Translations under genes and position numbers: made by a program
Part shown: piece by piece, positions 1 through 8,772 of the stretch
How the letters are laid out: each line of letters begins with the position of its first letter
How positions within the stretch are numbered: position 1 is the stretch's first letter
The notes under the pieces: model-generated
Databases searched by the model: none
The model's input: the letters and a program-made list of their open reading frames with translations, nothing else
What the model was told of the DNA's origin: nothing
From: a virus
Lineage: Duplodnaviria > Heunggongvirae > Uroviricota > Caudoviricetes
Length of the DNA: 40,230 nucleotides
IMG/VR virus record: IMGVR_UViG_2563366875_000002
Span: 1-40,230 of that record
Direction: 5' to 3' (one strand)

Positions 1-1254
1 ATGCTGGAACAAATGGGCATTGCCGCGAAGCAAGCCTCGTATAAATTAGCGCAACTCTCCAGCCGCGAAAAAAATCGCGTGCTGGAAAAAATCGCCGATG
101 AACTGGAAGCACAAAGCGAAATCATCCTCAACGCTAACGCCCAGGATGTTGCTGACGCGCGTGCCAATGGCCTTGGCGAAGCGATGCTTGACCGTCTGGC
201 ACTGACGCCCGCACGGCTGAAAGGCATTGCCGATGATGTGCGCCAGGTGTGTAACCTCGCCGATCCGGTGGGGCAGGTAATCGATGGCAGCGTACTGGAC
301 AGCGGCCTGCGTCTTGAGCGTCGTCGCGTACCGCTGGGGGTTATTGGCGTGATTTATGAAGCGCGCCCGAACGTGACGGTTGATGTCGCTTCGCTGTGCC
401 TGAAAACCGGTAATGCGGTGATCCTGCGCGGTGGCAAAGAAACGTGTCGCACTAACGCTGCAACGGTGGCGGTGATTCAGGACGCCCTGAAATCCTGCGG
501 CTTACCGGCGGGTGCCGTGCAGGCGATTGATAATCCTGACCGTGCGCTGGTCAGTGAAATGCTGCGTATGGATAAATACATCGACATGCTGATCCCGCGT
601 GGTGGCGCTGGTTTGCATAAACTGTGCCGTGAACAGTCGACAATCCCGGTGATCACAGGTGGTATAGGCGTATGCCATATTTACGTTGATGAAAGTGTAG
701 AGATCGCTGAAGCATTAAAAGTGATCGTCAACGCGAAAACTCAGCGTCCGAGCACATGTAATACGGTTGAAACGTTGCTGGTGAATAAAAACATCGCCGA
801 TAGCTTCCTGCCCGCATTAAGCAAACAAATGGCGGAAAGCGGCGTGACATTACACGCAGATGCAGCTGCACTGGCGCAGTTGCAGGCAGGCCCTGCGAAG
901 GTGGTTGCTGTTAAAGCCGAAGAGTATGACGATGAGTTTCTGTCATTAGATTTGAACGTCAAAATCGTCAGCGATCTTGACGATGCCATCGCCCATATTC
1001 GTGAACACGGCACACAACACTCCGATGCGATCCTGACCCGCGATATGCGCAACGCCCAGCGTTTTGTTAACGAAGTGGATTCGTCCGCTGTTTACGTTAA
1101 CGCCTCTACGCGTTTTACCGACGGCGGCCAGTTTGGTCTGGGTGCGGAAGTGGCGGTAAGCACACAAAAACTCCACGCGCGTGGCCCAATGGGGCTGGAA
1201 GCACTGACCACTTACAAGTGGATCGGCATTGGTGATTACACCATTCGTGCGTAA
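1..1254 (+). CDS. proA: gamma-glutamyl phosphate reductase (proline biosynthesis)
   Basis: 417 aa ORF; full-length match from memory to enterobacterial ProA (aldehyde dehydrogenase-like fold); ends TAA at 1252-1254. Confidence 0.93.
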   Translation: MLEQMGIAAKQASYKLAQLSSREKNRVLEKIADELEAQSEIILNANAQDVADARANGLGEAMLDRLALTPARLKGIADDVRQVCNLADPVGQVIDGSVLDSGLRLERRRVPLGVIGVIYEARPNVTVDVASLCLKTGNAVILRGGKETCRTNAATVAVIQDALKSCGLPAGAVQAIDNPDRALVSEMLRMDKYIDMLIPRGGAGLHKLCREQSTIPVITGGIGVCHIYVDESVEIAEALKVIVNAKTQRPSTCNTVETLLVNKNIADSFLPALSKQMAESGVTLHADAAALAQLQAGPAKVVAVKAEEYDDEFLSLDLNVKIVSDLDDAIAHIREHGTQHSDAILTRDMRNAQRFVNEVDSSAVYVNASTRFTDGGQFGLGAEVAVSTQKLHARGPMGLEALTTYKWIGIGDYTIRA

Positions 1255-1368
1255 ATAAAACCGGGTGATGCAAAAGTAGCCATTTGATTCACAAGGCCAT
1301 TGACGCATCGCCCGGTTAGTTTTAACCTTGTCCACCGTGATTCACGTTCGTGAACATGTCCTTTCAGG

Positions 1369-1444
1369 GCCGATATAGCTCAGTTGGTAGAGCAGCGCAT
1401 TCGTAATGCGAAGGTCGTAGGTTCGACTCCTATTATCGGCACCA
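1369..1444 (+). tRNA. thrW: tRNA-Thr (anticodon CGU)
   Basis: 76 nt cloverleaf GCCGATATAGCTCAGTTGGTAGAGCAGCGCATTCGTAATGCG...GGTTCGACTCC...CACCA; anticodon loop TTCGTAA gives CGT; encoded CCA end; sits directly after proA. Confidence 0.9.
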
Positions 1445-1458
1445 TTTAAATCAATAAG

Positions 1459-2622
1459 TTACACATCATTAGTACCTTCCTTATTTTTTGACTGGGACAA
1501 ATTTGGGACCGATGGGTTCAGGATCGAGTCTATTTGCCGTGCGTGTTCGGTAAGGTGATTAGGTGCAAGGTGAGCATATCGACGAACCATTTCGATAGAC
1601 TCCCAGCCTCCCATTTCCTGTAACACTGACAACGGGACTCCGGCTTGAACCAGCCAACTTGCCCAGGTGTGTCTCAAGTCGTGAAATCTGAAATCATCAA
1701 TACCAGCCCGTCTCAGCGCCGCTTTCCAGGCTGTGTTTGCGTCATACCGCATCTTCCTTACTGTTGGCGCTTTCGTTCCGTCTGGTTTGGTACAGCTTTC
1801 CTTGTACACAAATACCCAACGGTGATGATTCCCGATTTGTTTTTTCAATACGCGACATGCAGTATCATTCAGCGCAACGCCAATTGCGCGGTTTGATTTA
1901 CTCTCTTCCGGGTTTATCCATGCCACCCGGCGCTGCATATCTATTTGTTGCCATTCAAGGTTGATGATGTTCGAGCGTCTTAAGCCTGTTGCCAGTGCAA
2001 ATTCAACAACAGACTTTAATGGCTCCGGACATTCATCAATCAGCCTTTGTGCTTCATGGGGCTCCAGCCAGCGGATCCGTTTATTCTTTGGTTGAGGCAC
2101 TTTAATAATTGGTGCCTTATCCAGCATTTTCCATTCACGCTCTGCGGCTCTTAGTAGGGCCTTTATAAATGAAAGATGCGTAGCCTTCGTTGCAACGGAC
2201 GCTGGTTTTGGCGTGTATTCTGGAACAGGTTTCCCTTTTTTTCTGCATGCTTCTGCCCTGAGTTTCCAGTTTTCCTCATGACGTCGGTTCGTCATTTTCT
2301 GCATTGCTGAATAAATTTTTGATTCAGTAATGTCTCTTAGTTGCATTCCTGCGAAATGTTGAAGCCAGAATCCGATCCGGCTTTTGTCATCGTCCAGTGA
2401 TTTTTTATGTGCTTTCTCTTCAAGCCACCTGACACACGCTTCCTCGAACGTTATATCAGGTATTTCACCAAGTTTGCTGACCCGCCATGCTTCAGCCTTT
2501 AGCTTGTCATGGAGTTCTGTCGCCTGCCTTTTGTCCTTTGTTCCAAGAGACTGTTTAAATCTTTTACCGTTCGGCAATGTGAAACTGGCGTACCATATTT
2601 CACCTCTGCGGAAGAGTGACAT
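1459..2622 (-). CDS. tyrosine-type site-specific integrase
   Basis: 387 aa; C-terminal catalytic region [40 protein letters not shown] (HxxR...Y); N-terminal arm-binding-like domain; adjacent to tRNA attachment site. Confidence 0.9.
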   Translation of the reverse strand: MSLFRRGEIWYASFTLPNGKRFKQSLGTKDKRQATELHDKLKAEAWRVSKLGEIPDITFEEACVRWLEEKAHKKSLDDDKSRIGFWLQHFAGMQLRDITESKIYSAMQKMTNRRHEENWKLRAEACRKKGKPVPEYTPKPASVATKATHLSFIKALLRAAEREWKMLDKAPIIKVPQPKNKRIRWLEPHEAQRLIDECPEPLKSVVEFALATGLRRSNIINLEWQQIDMQRRVAWINPEESKSNRAIGVALNDTACRVLKKQIGNHHRWVFVYKESCTKPDGTKAPTVRKMRYDANTAWKAALRRAGIDDFRFHDLRHTWASWLVQAGVPLSVLQEMGGWESIEMVRRYAHLAPNHLTEHARQIDSILNPSVPNLSQSKNKEGTNDV

Positions 2623-2849
2623 TTTCTTTCCTCTGTTATGCCATCACCCGCGCTCACCTGGACAGTATGCAGCGGAGACTGAAGAGCCGCAATGCAGGCT
2701 TGTCGTGTTGTGAGGTAAGGAGATTTATTCTTAGTGGGATCTTTGCGTGTTGCCTGAAGACGCCCTGTGCGTATCCAGTTAATGGCAGTCGGTCTGGATA
2801 TCTTGAGAAAATGACAGGCCTCATCGAGTGTGAGGCTGTATGGCTCCAT
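2499..2849 (-). CDS. excisionase-like DNA-binding protein (Xis/AlpA-type HTH)
   Basis: internal Met of the 2499..2933 ORF ([31 protein letters not shown]...); helix-turn-helix signature; directly upstream of and overlapping the integrase start; 3' end uncertain. Confidence 0.55.
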   Translation of the reverse strand: MEPYSLTLDEACHFLKISRPTAINWIRTGRLQATRKDPTKNKSPYLTTRQACIAALQSPLHTVQVSAGDGITEERKCHSSAEVKYGTPVSHCRTVKDLNSLLEQRTKGRRQNSMTS

Positions 2850-3154
2850 TATTTCACCTCTTGCTGTGACATTGTTGAGAAATGGATACCAGCTCGTTGC
2901 TGCCAGACGATCCAACCGAGAGTCATATCCCATGCCATGTATTCGTTATCGCCGTTTTTTGCTCTCCGACGATCTACTAAGTCACCAAAACGCTTTTCCA
3001 TGAATAATTCATAAGCTTCGCGTTCATCTGGTTCTACTTCCAGAGATAGGAGTGCGATTTCATAAGCACGGCGCTCAATATCGTCTCGCACGTCAAGGCT
3101 GCTGATACGCTCTTTAATTTCTTTAATCAGTTCTTTGTCGGTAAAAGTGGTCAT
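2849..3154 (-). CDS. hypothetical phage early protein
   Basis: 101 aa ORF in the leftward operon, stop/start coupled to neighbours; no recognised motif. Confidence 0.5.
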   Translation of the reverse strand: MTTFTDKELIKEIKERISSLDVRDDIERRAYEIALLSLEVEPDEREAYELFMEKRFGDLVDRRRAKNGDNEYMAWDMTLGWIVWQQRAGIHFSTMSQQEVK

Positions 3155-3516
3155 TATGCTCCAGCCTCCGGTGCTTTTGGCATTACTGCCCAGTGAGTGA
3201 TATTGACGTTTTCAAGGTCCCCGACCTGAAATGTCCACTGCCATTCTCCGGTTTCTTTTTGTCCCCAGGTGTACCAGAGAGAACGCCAGCCAATTAGCCA
3301 GCCTTCTCCGTTAGCATCGAATAACAAAACACTTTCATTTGCTGGTGGCAGTTCAGTTGACACTGGTATTACTTTGTTTTCCTGTGCTGCACATTTAGCT
3401 TCAAGCGCATCGAATTTACGCACCAGGTATTCAGCATCCGTTTCATTCACTTTCAGATCTCGCGGTACACATCTCCCACGAAGAAACCCTTCCATTTCGA
3501 AAACATTCATGCGCAT
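3154..3516 (-). CDS. hypothetical phage early protein
   Basis: 120 aa ORF in the leftward operon, overlaps upstream gene end; no recognised catalytic motif. Confidence 0.5.
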   Translation of the reverse strand: MRMNVFEMEGFLRGRCVPRDLKVNETDAEYLVRKFDALEAKCAAQENKVIPVSTELPPANESVLLFDANGEGWLIGWRSLWYTWGQKETGEWQWTFQVGDLENVNITHWAVMPKAPEAGA

Positions 3517-4043
3517 TTGCGTAACTCCGATAATTCGTTAAAGCGTTCCATAAACATCCCGTAGGCATGGCCTGGAGCCAGTGGAATCACGTTGAACATC
3601 TCTGTTGCCGGGATACCTTCCAGCACAGGCCAGAAAGAGCCATCATCAAGCCCGAGATCGCGGCGTTCGGTTGCCAGCATAATGAGATCGGCATATTTCA
3701 CTGGCGTGCTCATAACAGGAGGTAACCCGTATTTCTCACGGATTACGGCGTCTATTTTTTCTTCCATCCGTTTATAGTCAGGAAGAAGTCGTTTCAGTGG
3801 TGCGGGGATGTCCTGGCAATATGCTTCTGTTGCATCATGCATTAAAGCTTCAAAAGCAAATTCCTGCGGCACCAGCTGGCTGCAAAGCACCGCATGTTGG
3901 GCGACACTGTAGAAGTGTGAAAGATGTCCTGCAAAGCGACAGATATTTGAAAGGGAAACCGCGATATCGTTAATAACGATGTCGTCTTTATTTATCCTGT
4001 CATAATAAAAATGCTTCCCGGAAAAAGTTTTAATAAATGACAT
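3507..4043 (-). CDS. HD-domain metal-dependent phosphohydrolase
   Basis: H...HD signature (VAQHAV ... LMHDATEA); start taken at internal ATG 4041-4043 preceded by GGAG (gtggagaacaaaATG) rather than the ORF-track start at 4070. Confidence 0.75.
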   Translation of the reverse strand: MSFIKTFSGKHFYYDRINKDDIVINDIAVSLSNICRFAGHLSHFYSVAQHAVLCSQLVPQEFAFEALMHDATEAYCQDIPAPLKRLLPDYKRMEEKIDAVIREKYGLPPVMSTPVKYADLIMLATERRDLGLDDGSFWPVLEGIPATEMFNVIPLAPGHAYGMFMERFNELSELRKCA

Positions 4044-4140
4044 TTTGTTCTCCACGTATATGCGCTGCACCGCGCTGAATTCGGGTAAAAGGAAGCCCTC
4101 ACCGTCCGGCGATTATTGAGTCAATTACATTTCCATAAAT

Positions 4141-4380
4141 GCCCCCGTAGGGGCGGTTAGTTTCTCCACAAAACAGAGAAGAACACCTGCGGTGGCAGCC
4201 GCCCGGATGGATTGGGTTATGAGCCCGTCGTCCGGTGATGCTCTTCTCTGTTTTGTAAAAAGGACGGTACCAGCCGGAAGCAAGGGTACAAACTGGTACC
4301 GCCAGGACTACACACAGCATAAAGTTGTGGTGCCGGGTGCCTCCCGGTGCCTGGCGAAGGTTGCACACCAGGCGGGTGTG
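4141..4380. other. GC-rich, highly structured non-coding segment (candidate structured RNA or cis-regulatory element); strand unknown
   Basis: hairpin 4141-4154; 15 bp perfect inverted repeat 4168-4182/4242-4256; 8 bp inverted repeat 4266-4273/4293-4300; hairpins 4333-4347 and 4364-4380; only overlapping, low-complexity ORFs in all frames. Confidence 0.35.
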
Positions 4381-4587
4381 TATCCACAGAAGGTCGACTG
4401 TCAGCCTCAACCTTAACCCGCGTGCGCTGAGCCGCATTCACCACAACGCTAAGGATTCTCTCTGGTTGAAAATACTTAGCTGTTATGTGCCTGCTTTTAG
4501 CCACATCAGGCGAGGTGGACCTAGTTATTCCCCAACAACAAGGATTCGGTTAATCTGGTTATCCCCAACAACGCAAAAGGAAAAGAA

Positions 4588-5022
4588 ATGTCCGGTAATA
4601 TCTATACGCTGTACAAATCCCACTGTGAAAATGTTGGAAAGTATCGGGGCATTGAAATCAGTGGGGTAGTGTCATCAGTCGAAATAAGCAAAGTTGAATC
4701 AAGGGCAACATTACTTACTCTTTTGGACCTTGTCTTACATGAGCACCGGAAGAAATTCGGCACTCCCTATAATCAATTGAATGGGAAAAAGGCTCTGGTT
4801 CACCTTATTCTGATGAAGCATCACTGGATGCCAAAACAGATTAATGAGATGAAATTTGATGAACTTCTTCTTTCAATTCAGGATGAACTCACACTTGATA
4901 AAATAAGCGTAACCGCCCAGAAATTTTTAGATTATCGAGACTGGAGATCACAAATTCATCACTTTGATGATTTTGACGAAAATGAATGGGATCCTAATTT
5001 GTCTGCACAATATCTAAAGTAA
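4588..5022 (+). CDS. hypothetical protein (moron-like, antisense to the leftward early operon)
   Basis: 144 aa ORF with RBS aaaaggaaaag before ATG 4588; AT-rich relative to upstream GC-rich segment; no recognised domain. Confidence 0.6.
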   Translation: MSGNIYTLYKSHCENVGKYRGIEISGVVSSVEISKVESRATLLTLLDLVLHEHRKKFGTPYNQLNGKKALVHLILMKHHWMPKQINEMKFDELLLSIQDELTLDKISVTAQKFLDYRDWRSQIHHFDDFDENEWDPNLSAQYLK

Positions 5023-5200
5023 CATCCTGTGATAAAACCGTGATTTCCTGATCCAGTTTTTTTAAGGAGTCTATTGTTTCCTGTCGATAAGACAGCACTT
5101 CACGAAGCTGGTTTATAGCTGCCAGCTTCTTTGTCATCCACTCATAAATTTCCTCATCTGTGTAGCCAGGCGCGACGATTTTGGGTTCTGTTTTGTGCAT
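4994..5200 (-). CDS. small hypothetical protein (68 aa)
   Basis: internal ATG (MHKTEPK...) preceded by GAGGAG at 7 nt spacing; overlaps 3' end of the plus-strand 4588..5022 gene; uncertain. Confidence 0.3.
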   Translation of the reverse strand: MHKTEPKIVAPGYTDEEIYEWMTKKLAAINQLREVLSYRQETIDSLKKLDQEITVLSQDVTLDIVQTN

Positions 5201-5259
5201 TTCACATCTCCTCAAGTTATCAGTTACTTGTTGATGGGGACCAGATTGTTAAAGAGCTA

Positions 5260-5286
5260 AGCGTCCTGTAGGGCGCTTTTTTGTTG
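5260..5286 (+). terminator. putative rho-independent terminator
   Basis: 7 bp stem AGCGTCC/GGGCGCT with TGTA loop followed by TTTTTTGTTG. Confidence 0.45.
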
Positions 5287-5399
5287 CTAACGAATCATCC
5301 TGGACTTCATATGCCCCAGGCGGCTACTTCGTGGGCGTCCTGCCTGTTCGTTGTTTCGCTTGGGTACATTATGTATCTCAAAGGTACATTGTCAAGTAT

Positions 5400-5420
5400 A
5401 AAAAAACCTGCCGAAGCAGG
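5400..5420 (-). terminator. putative rho-independent terminator downstream of the repressor gene
   Basis: hairpin CCTGC-CGAA-GCAGG followed on the minus strand by a T7 run (A-run 5400-5406 on plus). Confidence 0.5.
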
Positions 5421-5434
5421 TTCATAAACATTGA

Positions 5435-6109
5435 TTAGGCTTTGATTTTGTATCTTCTTGGTTTTCCTGAGAAAATCACTGTACCAATTATAGAGCAATT
5501 ACCGTTGATCTTAATGTAAGGCTCAGGCCAGTTTGGGTTTAACGCTTTGAGATAACGCTGTGTCCCATCTTCTATCAACCTTTTGAAGGTGGTTTCGCCT
5601 GTATCGTGCATCAATGCAATAACGTCGTCACCGTGGCAGGCAGGTACTTCAGGATCGACAAAAATCATGTCTCCCGGGCGGTACTCATCAATCATTGAAT
5701 CACCTATCACCCGCAAGATATAAGTCATTTCCCCACAGGGTACAGGGCAGGGATACGTTTCTGCTGTGCTCAAATCAACCTCAGAATATCCAACTTCTTT
5801 CCATGCTCCGGCCTGTACCCATGATATGACAGGGACTAATGTGATTTGTTTATTAGTGATTGAAACATCAGGTTTTTTTGTGATGTTCGTTGTCTGGTGT
5901 TCTTGATCGAGCCATCCGACAGGCAGGTCGAAACATTTTTCGATGTGTCGTGCCATGCTGTCACCGATATTTTTAGTAGCACCATCTCCCATAAACCTGC
6001 TGGTCTGGGTTGGCTCGCGATCAATCATAGTGGCAAAGGAAGAATTCCCGCCAACACCATCTCTCAGTTTTCTGGCGTTAGACCGCCGGATGTCATGGAT
6101 TGTTTTCAT
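5435..6109 (-). CDS. cI-like phage repressor (HTH domain plus LexA/S24-type autocleavage domain)
   Basis: 224 aa; N-terminal HTH region; C-terminal peptidase S24-like region with GDSM serine motif and downstream lysine; divergent from a cro-like gene across palindromic operators. Confidence 0.88.
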   Translation of the reverse strand: MKTIHDIRRSNARKLRDGVGGNSSFATMIDREPTQTSRFMGDGATKNIGDSMARHIEKCFDLPVGWLDQEHQTTNITKKPDVSITNKQITLVPVISWVQAGAWKEVGYSEVDLSTAETYPCPVPCGEMTYILRVIGDSMIDEYRPGDMIFVDPEVPACHGDDVIALMHDTGETTFKRLIEDGTQRYLKALNPNWPEPYIKINGNCSIIGTVIFSGKPRRYKIKA

Positions 6110-6124
6110 AACGAAATTAAAACC

Positions 6125-6145
6125 CTTGTACCGTTAAGGTACAAG
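6125..6145. promoter_or_regulatory. putative operator (perfect palindrome CTTGTACC-GTTAA-GGTACAAG)
   Basis: perfect 8 bp inverted repeat in the cI/cro intergenic region. Confidence 0.5.
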
Positions 6146-6172
6146 TATCTTGAAGGTTCATTTCAATCATGT

Positions 6173-6197
6173 AATATGTACACCGGAGGTACATATT
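6173..6197. promoter_or_regulatory. putative operator (near-palindrome AATATGTACA-N5-GGTACATATT) overlapping the cro RBS
   Basis: inverted repeat sharing the TGTACC/GGTACA half-site with 6125-6145. Confidence 0.45.
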
Positions 6198-6199
6198 GT

Positions 6200-6400
6200 A
6201 TGAAAGCGTATTGGGACTCTTTAACCAAAGAACAGCAGGGCGAGTTGGCCGGAAAAGTTGGCTCAACACCTGGCTACTTACGGCTGGTTTTCAATGGCTA
6301 TAAAAAAGCCAGTTTTGTGCTGGCTAAAAAACTTGAGCAATGCACGTCAGGTGCAATTACGAAATCTGACTTAAGACCGGATATCTATCCGAAAGATTAG
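6200..6400 (+). CDS. Cro-like small DNA-binding regulator
   Basis: 66 aa from internal ATG 6200 with RBS GGAGG; HTH-like GKVGSTPGYLRLVFNG; divergent from repressor. Confidence 0.7.
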   Translation: MKAYWDSLTKEQQGELAGKVGSTPGYLRLVFNGYKKASFVLAKKLEQCTSGAITKSDLRPDIYPKD

Positions 6401-6431
6401 CAGAACACTTTCAATTTTTAACCACAGAACG

Positions 6432-6995
6432 ATGAGGCTAACCGTGGGTAAGCATCACTGGAAAATAGAAAAACAGCCTGAGTGGTACGTGAAAGCTGTC
6501 AGAAAAACTATCGCGGCGTTGCCGGGTGGTTACGCTGAAGCGGCTGACTGGCTCGATGTAACAGAAAACGCTTTATTCAACCGCCTTCGTGCAGATGGCG
6601 ATCAGATTTTCCCGCTGGGATGGGCAATGGTTTTACAGCGTGCTGGTGGCACTCACTTCATTGCTGATGCTGTGGCGCAGTCTGCAAATGGCGTCTTTGT
6701 GTCTCTTCCTGACGTCGAGGATGTGGACAACGCCGATATCAACCAACGCCTGCTGGAAGTCATTGAACAGATCGGCAGTTATTCAAAACAGATTCGTTCA
6801 GCAATTGAAGACGGTGTAGTGGAACCGCATGAGAAGACAGCAATTAACGATGAGCTGTACCTCTCAATTTCGAAGCTGCAGGAGCATGCAGCACTGGTCT
6901 ACAAAATCTTTTGCGTTTCAGAAAGTAGTGACGCCCGCGAGTGTGCAGCTCCGGGCGCCGTGGCGTGTCGTGACTGTGGAGAAACTAACGCATGA
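6432..6995 (+). CDS. putative cII-position regulatory protein (hypothetical)
   Basis: 187 aa ORF directly after cro-like gene in the rightward early operon; assignment by position only. Confidence 0.5.
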   Translation: MRLTVGKHHWKIEKQPEWYVKAVRKTIAALPGGYAEAADWLDVTENALFNRLRADGDQIFPLGWAMVLQRAGGTHFIADAVAQSANGVFVSLPDVEDVDNADINQRLLEVIEQIGSYSKQIRSAIEDGVVEPHEKTAINDELYLSISKLQEHAALVYKIFCVSESSDARECAAPGAVACRDCGETNA

Positions 6996-7330
6996 ACAGT
7001 TTAACAACACACTACCGTCGCTCGCAACTGATTGCGCTTCCTGTACCGGGTGGAAAAGCGAAGGTGGAGTATTGCTATGCAGTAAATGTACTAGGTGACA
7101 GGGAAATTGTAACCCACAGCTTTGCAGAGTGGGCTGTGGGTGATTTCAACCGGCAGAAGGAGACAGTCCTTTGCGACAAGTTAACCGCTGGTTCAAAGAT
7201 CACTACGGAGTGCCCGTCAGAGTCATTCGTTGGGAGCCGGAAACACAACGGGTTATCTACCTCCGTGAAGGCTATGAGCATGAGTGCTTCAGCCCGCTCG
7301 AACAGTTTCGTTGTAAATTCAGGGAAATAG
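6992..7330 (+). CDS. hypothetical protein; C-terminal third looks out of frame (possible frameshift)
   Basis: N-terminal part protein-like; after about 7180 the product becomes Ser-rich low complexity while the -1 frame (7144..7350) reads as a natural protein. Confidence 0.35.
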   Translation: MNSLTTHYRRSQLIALPVPGGKAKVEYCYAVNVLGDREIVTHSFAEWAVGDFNRQKETVLCDKLTAGSKITTECPSESFVGSRKHNGLSTSVKAMSMSASARSNSFVVNSGK

Positions 7331-7339
7331 AGGTCGGTC

Positions 7340-8281
7340 ATGAGCACTAAATTAACCGGCTATGTATGGGATGGTTGCGCTGCGTCAGGCATGAAATTAT
7401 CCAGCGTGGCAATTATGGCCCGCCTGGCTGATTTCAGTAATGACGAAGGTGTGTGCTGGCCATCAATTGAAACCATTGCCCGTCAGATTGGCGCGGGGAT
7501 GAGTACCGTCAGAACGGCTATCGCACGGCTGGAAGCAGAAGGCTGGTTAACGCGTAAGGCGCGTCGCCAGGGTAACCGCAATGCGTCGAATGTTTATCAG
7601 CTTAACGTTGCGAAGCTTCAGGCAGCGGCATTTTCTCAACTGTCAGATTCTGACCCGTCAAAATCTGACGCATCAAAATCTGACCCGTCAAAATTTGATG
7701 CGTCGAAATCTGGCAAAAAAGCGGGTTTTCACCCGTCAGAATCTGGCGGGGATCCGTCAGTAAAATCAAAACATGATCCGTCAGATAAAAAAACTTCTCG
7801 TCCGGACGCTTCGCAACCGGACACGCAGACGGCTGAACAGGAGTTTTTAACTCGCCATCCTGATGCGGTTGTATTCAGCCCTAAAAAGCGCCAGTGGGGA
7901 ACGCAGGATGATTTGACCTGCGCACAGTGGCTCTGGAAAAAAATCATCGCCCTGTACGAGCAGGCCGCCGAATGTGACGGCGAGGTGGTTCGTCCCAAAG
8001 AACCGAACTGGACAGCCTGGGCAAACGAAATTCGCCTGATGTGTGTGCAGGATGGTCGTACTCACAAACAAATCTGCGAGATGTACAGCCGCGTCAGCCG
8101 CGATCCGTTCTGGTGCCGTAACGTGCTCAGCCCGTCGAAGCTGCGGGAAAAATGGGATGAGCTTTCCCTGCGCTTATCGCCGTCCGTCAGCACGTACACA
8201 GAAAAACGCGAAGACCCGTACTTCAAAGCCAGTTACGACAACGTGGACTACAGCCAGATCCCGGCAGGATTCAGGGGGTGA
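7340..8281 (+). CDS. phage replication initiation protein (O-like; N-terminal HTH, internal repeat linker)
   Basis: 313 aa; N-terminal HTH-like region (CWPSIETIARQIGAGMSTVRTAIARLEAEGWL); repeated DPSKSDASKSDPSK linker encoded by DNA iterons; position between cII-like gene and RusA/Q. Confidence 0.75.
   Translation: MSTKLTGYVWDGCAASGMKLSSVAIMARLADFSNDEGVCWPSIETIARQIGAGMSTVRTAIARLEAEGWLTRKARRQGNRNASNVYQLNVAKLQAAAFSQLSDSDPSKSDASKSDPSKFDASKSGKKAGFHPSESGGDPSVKSKHDPSDKKTSRPDASQPDTQTAEQEFLTRHPDAVVFSPKKRQWGTQDDLTCAQWLWKKIIALYEQAAECDGEVVRPKEPNWTAWANEIRLMCVQDGRTHKQICEMYSRVSRDPFWCRNVLSPSKLREKWDELSLRLSPSVSTYTEKREDPYFKASYDNVDYSQIPAGFRG
7641..7795. repeat. iteron-like direct repeats (putative origin of replication inside the replication gene) followed by an A-rich tract
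   Basis: at least 4 tandem copies of about 18 bp (CCGTCAAAATCTGAC variants) plus degenerate copies, then ATAAAAAAACTTC. Confidence 0.55.
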
Positions 8282-8283
8282 TC

Positions 8284-8772
8284 ATGAGTCTTTTGAATGA
8301 AGTTCAGAAATACATTGAAGCCCATCCGGGGTGTACTTCCGGAGACATTGCGGATGCTTTTGCAGGTTACTCACGGCAGCGCGTTCTGCAGTCAGCAAGC
8401 AAGTTACGTCAGAGTGGGCGTGTGGCTCACCGTTGTGAAGGGGATACACGCAGACATTTCCCGCGCCTGACTGAGAGAGCGCAGGAGGCGGAACCGCAAC
8501 CAGTTCGTGAAACCAGACCTGTGCGCAATTTCTATGTCAGCACTAACGACCCGCGGGAGATTTTGTGCCTGACCCGCCAGGCTGAAGAACTGGAGTCCAG
8601 GGGCTTATACCGTCGTGCTGCAACGGTGTGGATGGCGGCATTCCGTGAAAGCCACTCCCAGCCAGAACGAAACAATTTTCTGGCGCGTCGTGAGCAGTGT
8701 TTACGGAAAAGCAGCAAGCGCGCTGTATCGAGTGATGAGTGGTATCTGTCAGGGAATTACGTGGGGGCGTAA
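8284..8772 (+). CDS. putative PerC-family-like transcriptional regulator
   Basis: ATG 8284 after GGGGG; C-terminal region AEELESRGLYRRAATVWMAAF resembles the PerC/Pch signature as recalled from memory; family call tentative. Confidence 0.45.
   Translation: MSLLNEVQKYIEAHPGCTSGDIADAFAGYSRQRVLQSASKLRQSGRVAHRCEGDTRRHFPRLTERAQEAEPQPVRETRPVRNFYVSTNDPREILCLTRQAEELESRGLYRRAATVWMAAFRESHSQPERNNFLARREQCLRKSSKRAVSSDEWYLSGNYVGA

Noticed and set aside
741-1335. Minus-strand ORFs 741..1052 and 946..1335 overlapping proA
   Set aside because: Antisense to a well-supported housekeeping gene; low-complexity products; no RBS context.
1645-2713. Plus-strand ORFs 1645..1896, 1737..1964 and 2384..2713 inside or antisense to the integrase
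   Set aside because: Fully embedded in the integrase coding region on the opposite strand; Cys/Ser-rich junk-like translations.
4141-4380. Retron msr/msd interpretation of the structured segment
   Set aside because: No reverse transcriptase gene adjacent on either strand; the inverted repeats are not arranged as a1/a2 flanking a single msr-msd unit. Left as unexplained structure.
4099-4669. ORFs 4099..4437(-), 4217..4504(-), 4192..4416(+), 4325..4669(+) in the GC-rich segment
   Set aside because: Mutually overlapping in several frames, Arg/Pro/Gly-rich low-complexity products, no RBS; region better explained as structured non-coding DNA/RNA.
5307-5498. Minus-strand ORF 5307..5498 (63 aa)
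   Set aside because: Overlaps the repressor 3' end and its terminator hairpin; no RBS.
7641-7795. CRISPR array interpretation of the tandem repeats
   Set aside because: Repeats are short, contiguous without unique spacers, and lie inside a coding gene where they encode a repetitive linker; consistent with iterons.
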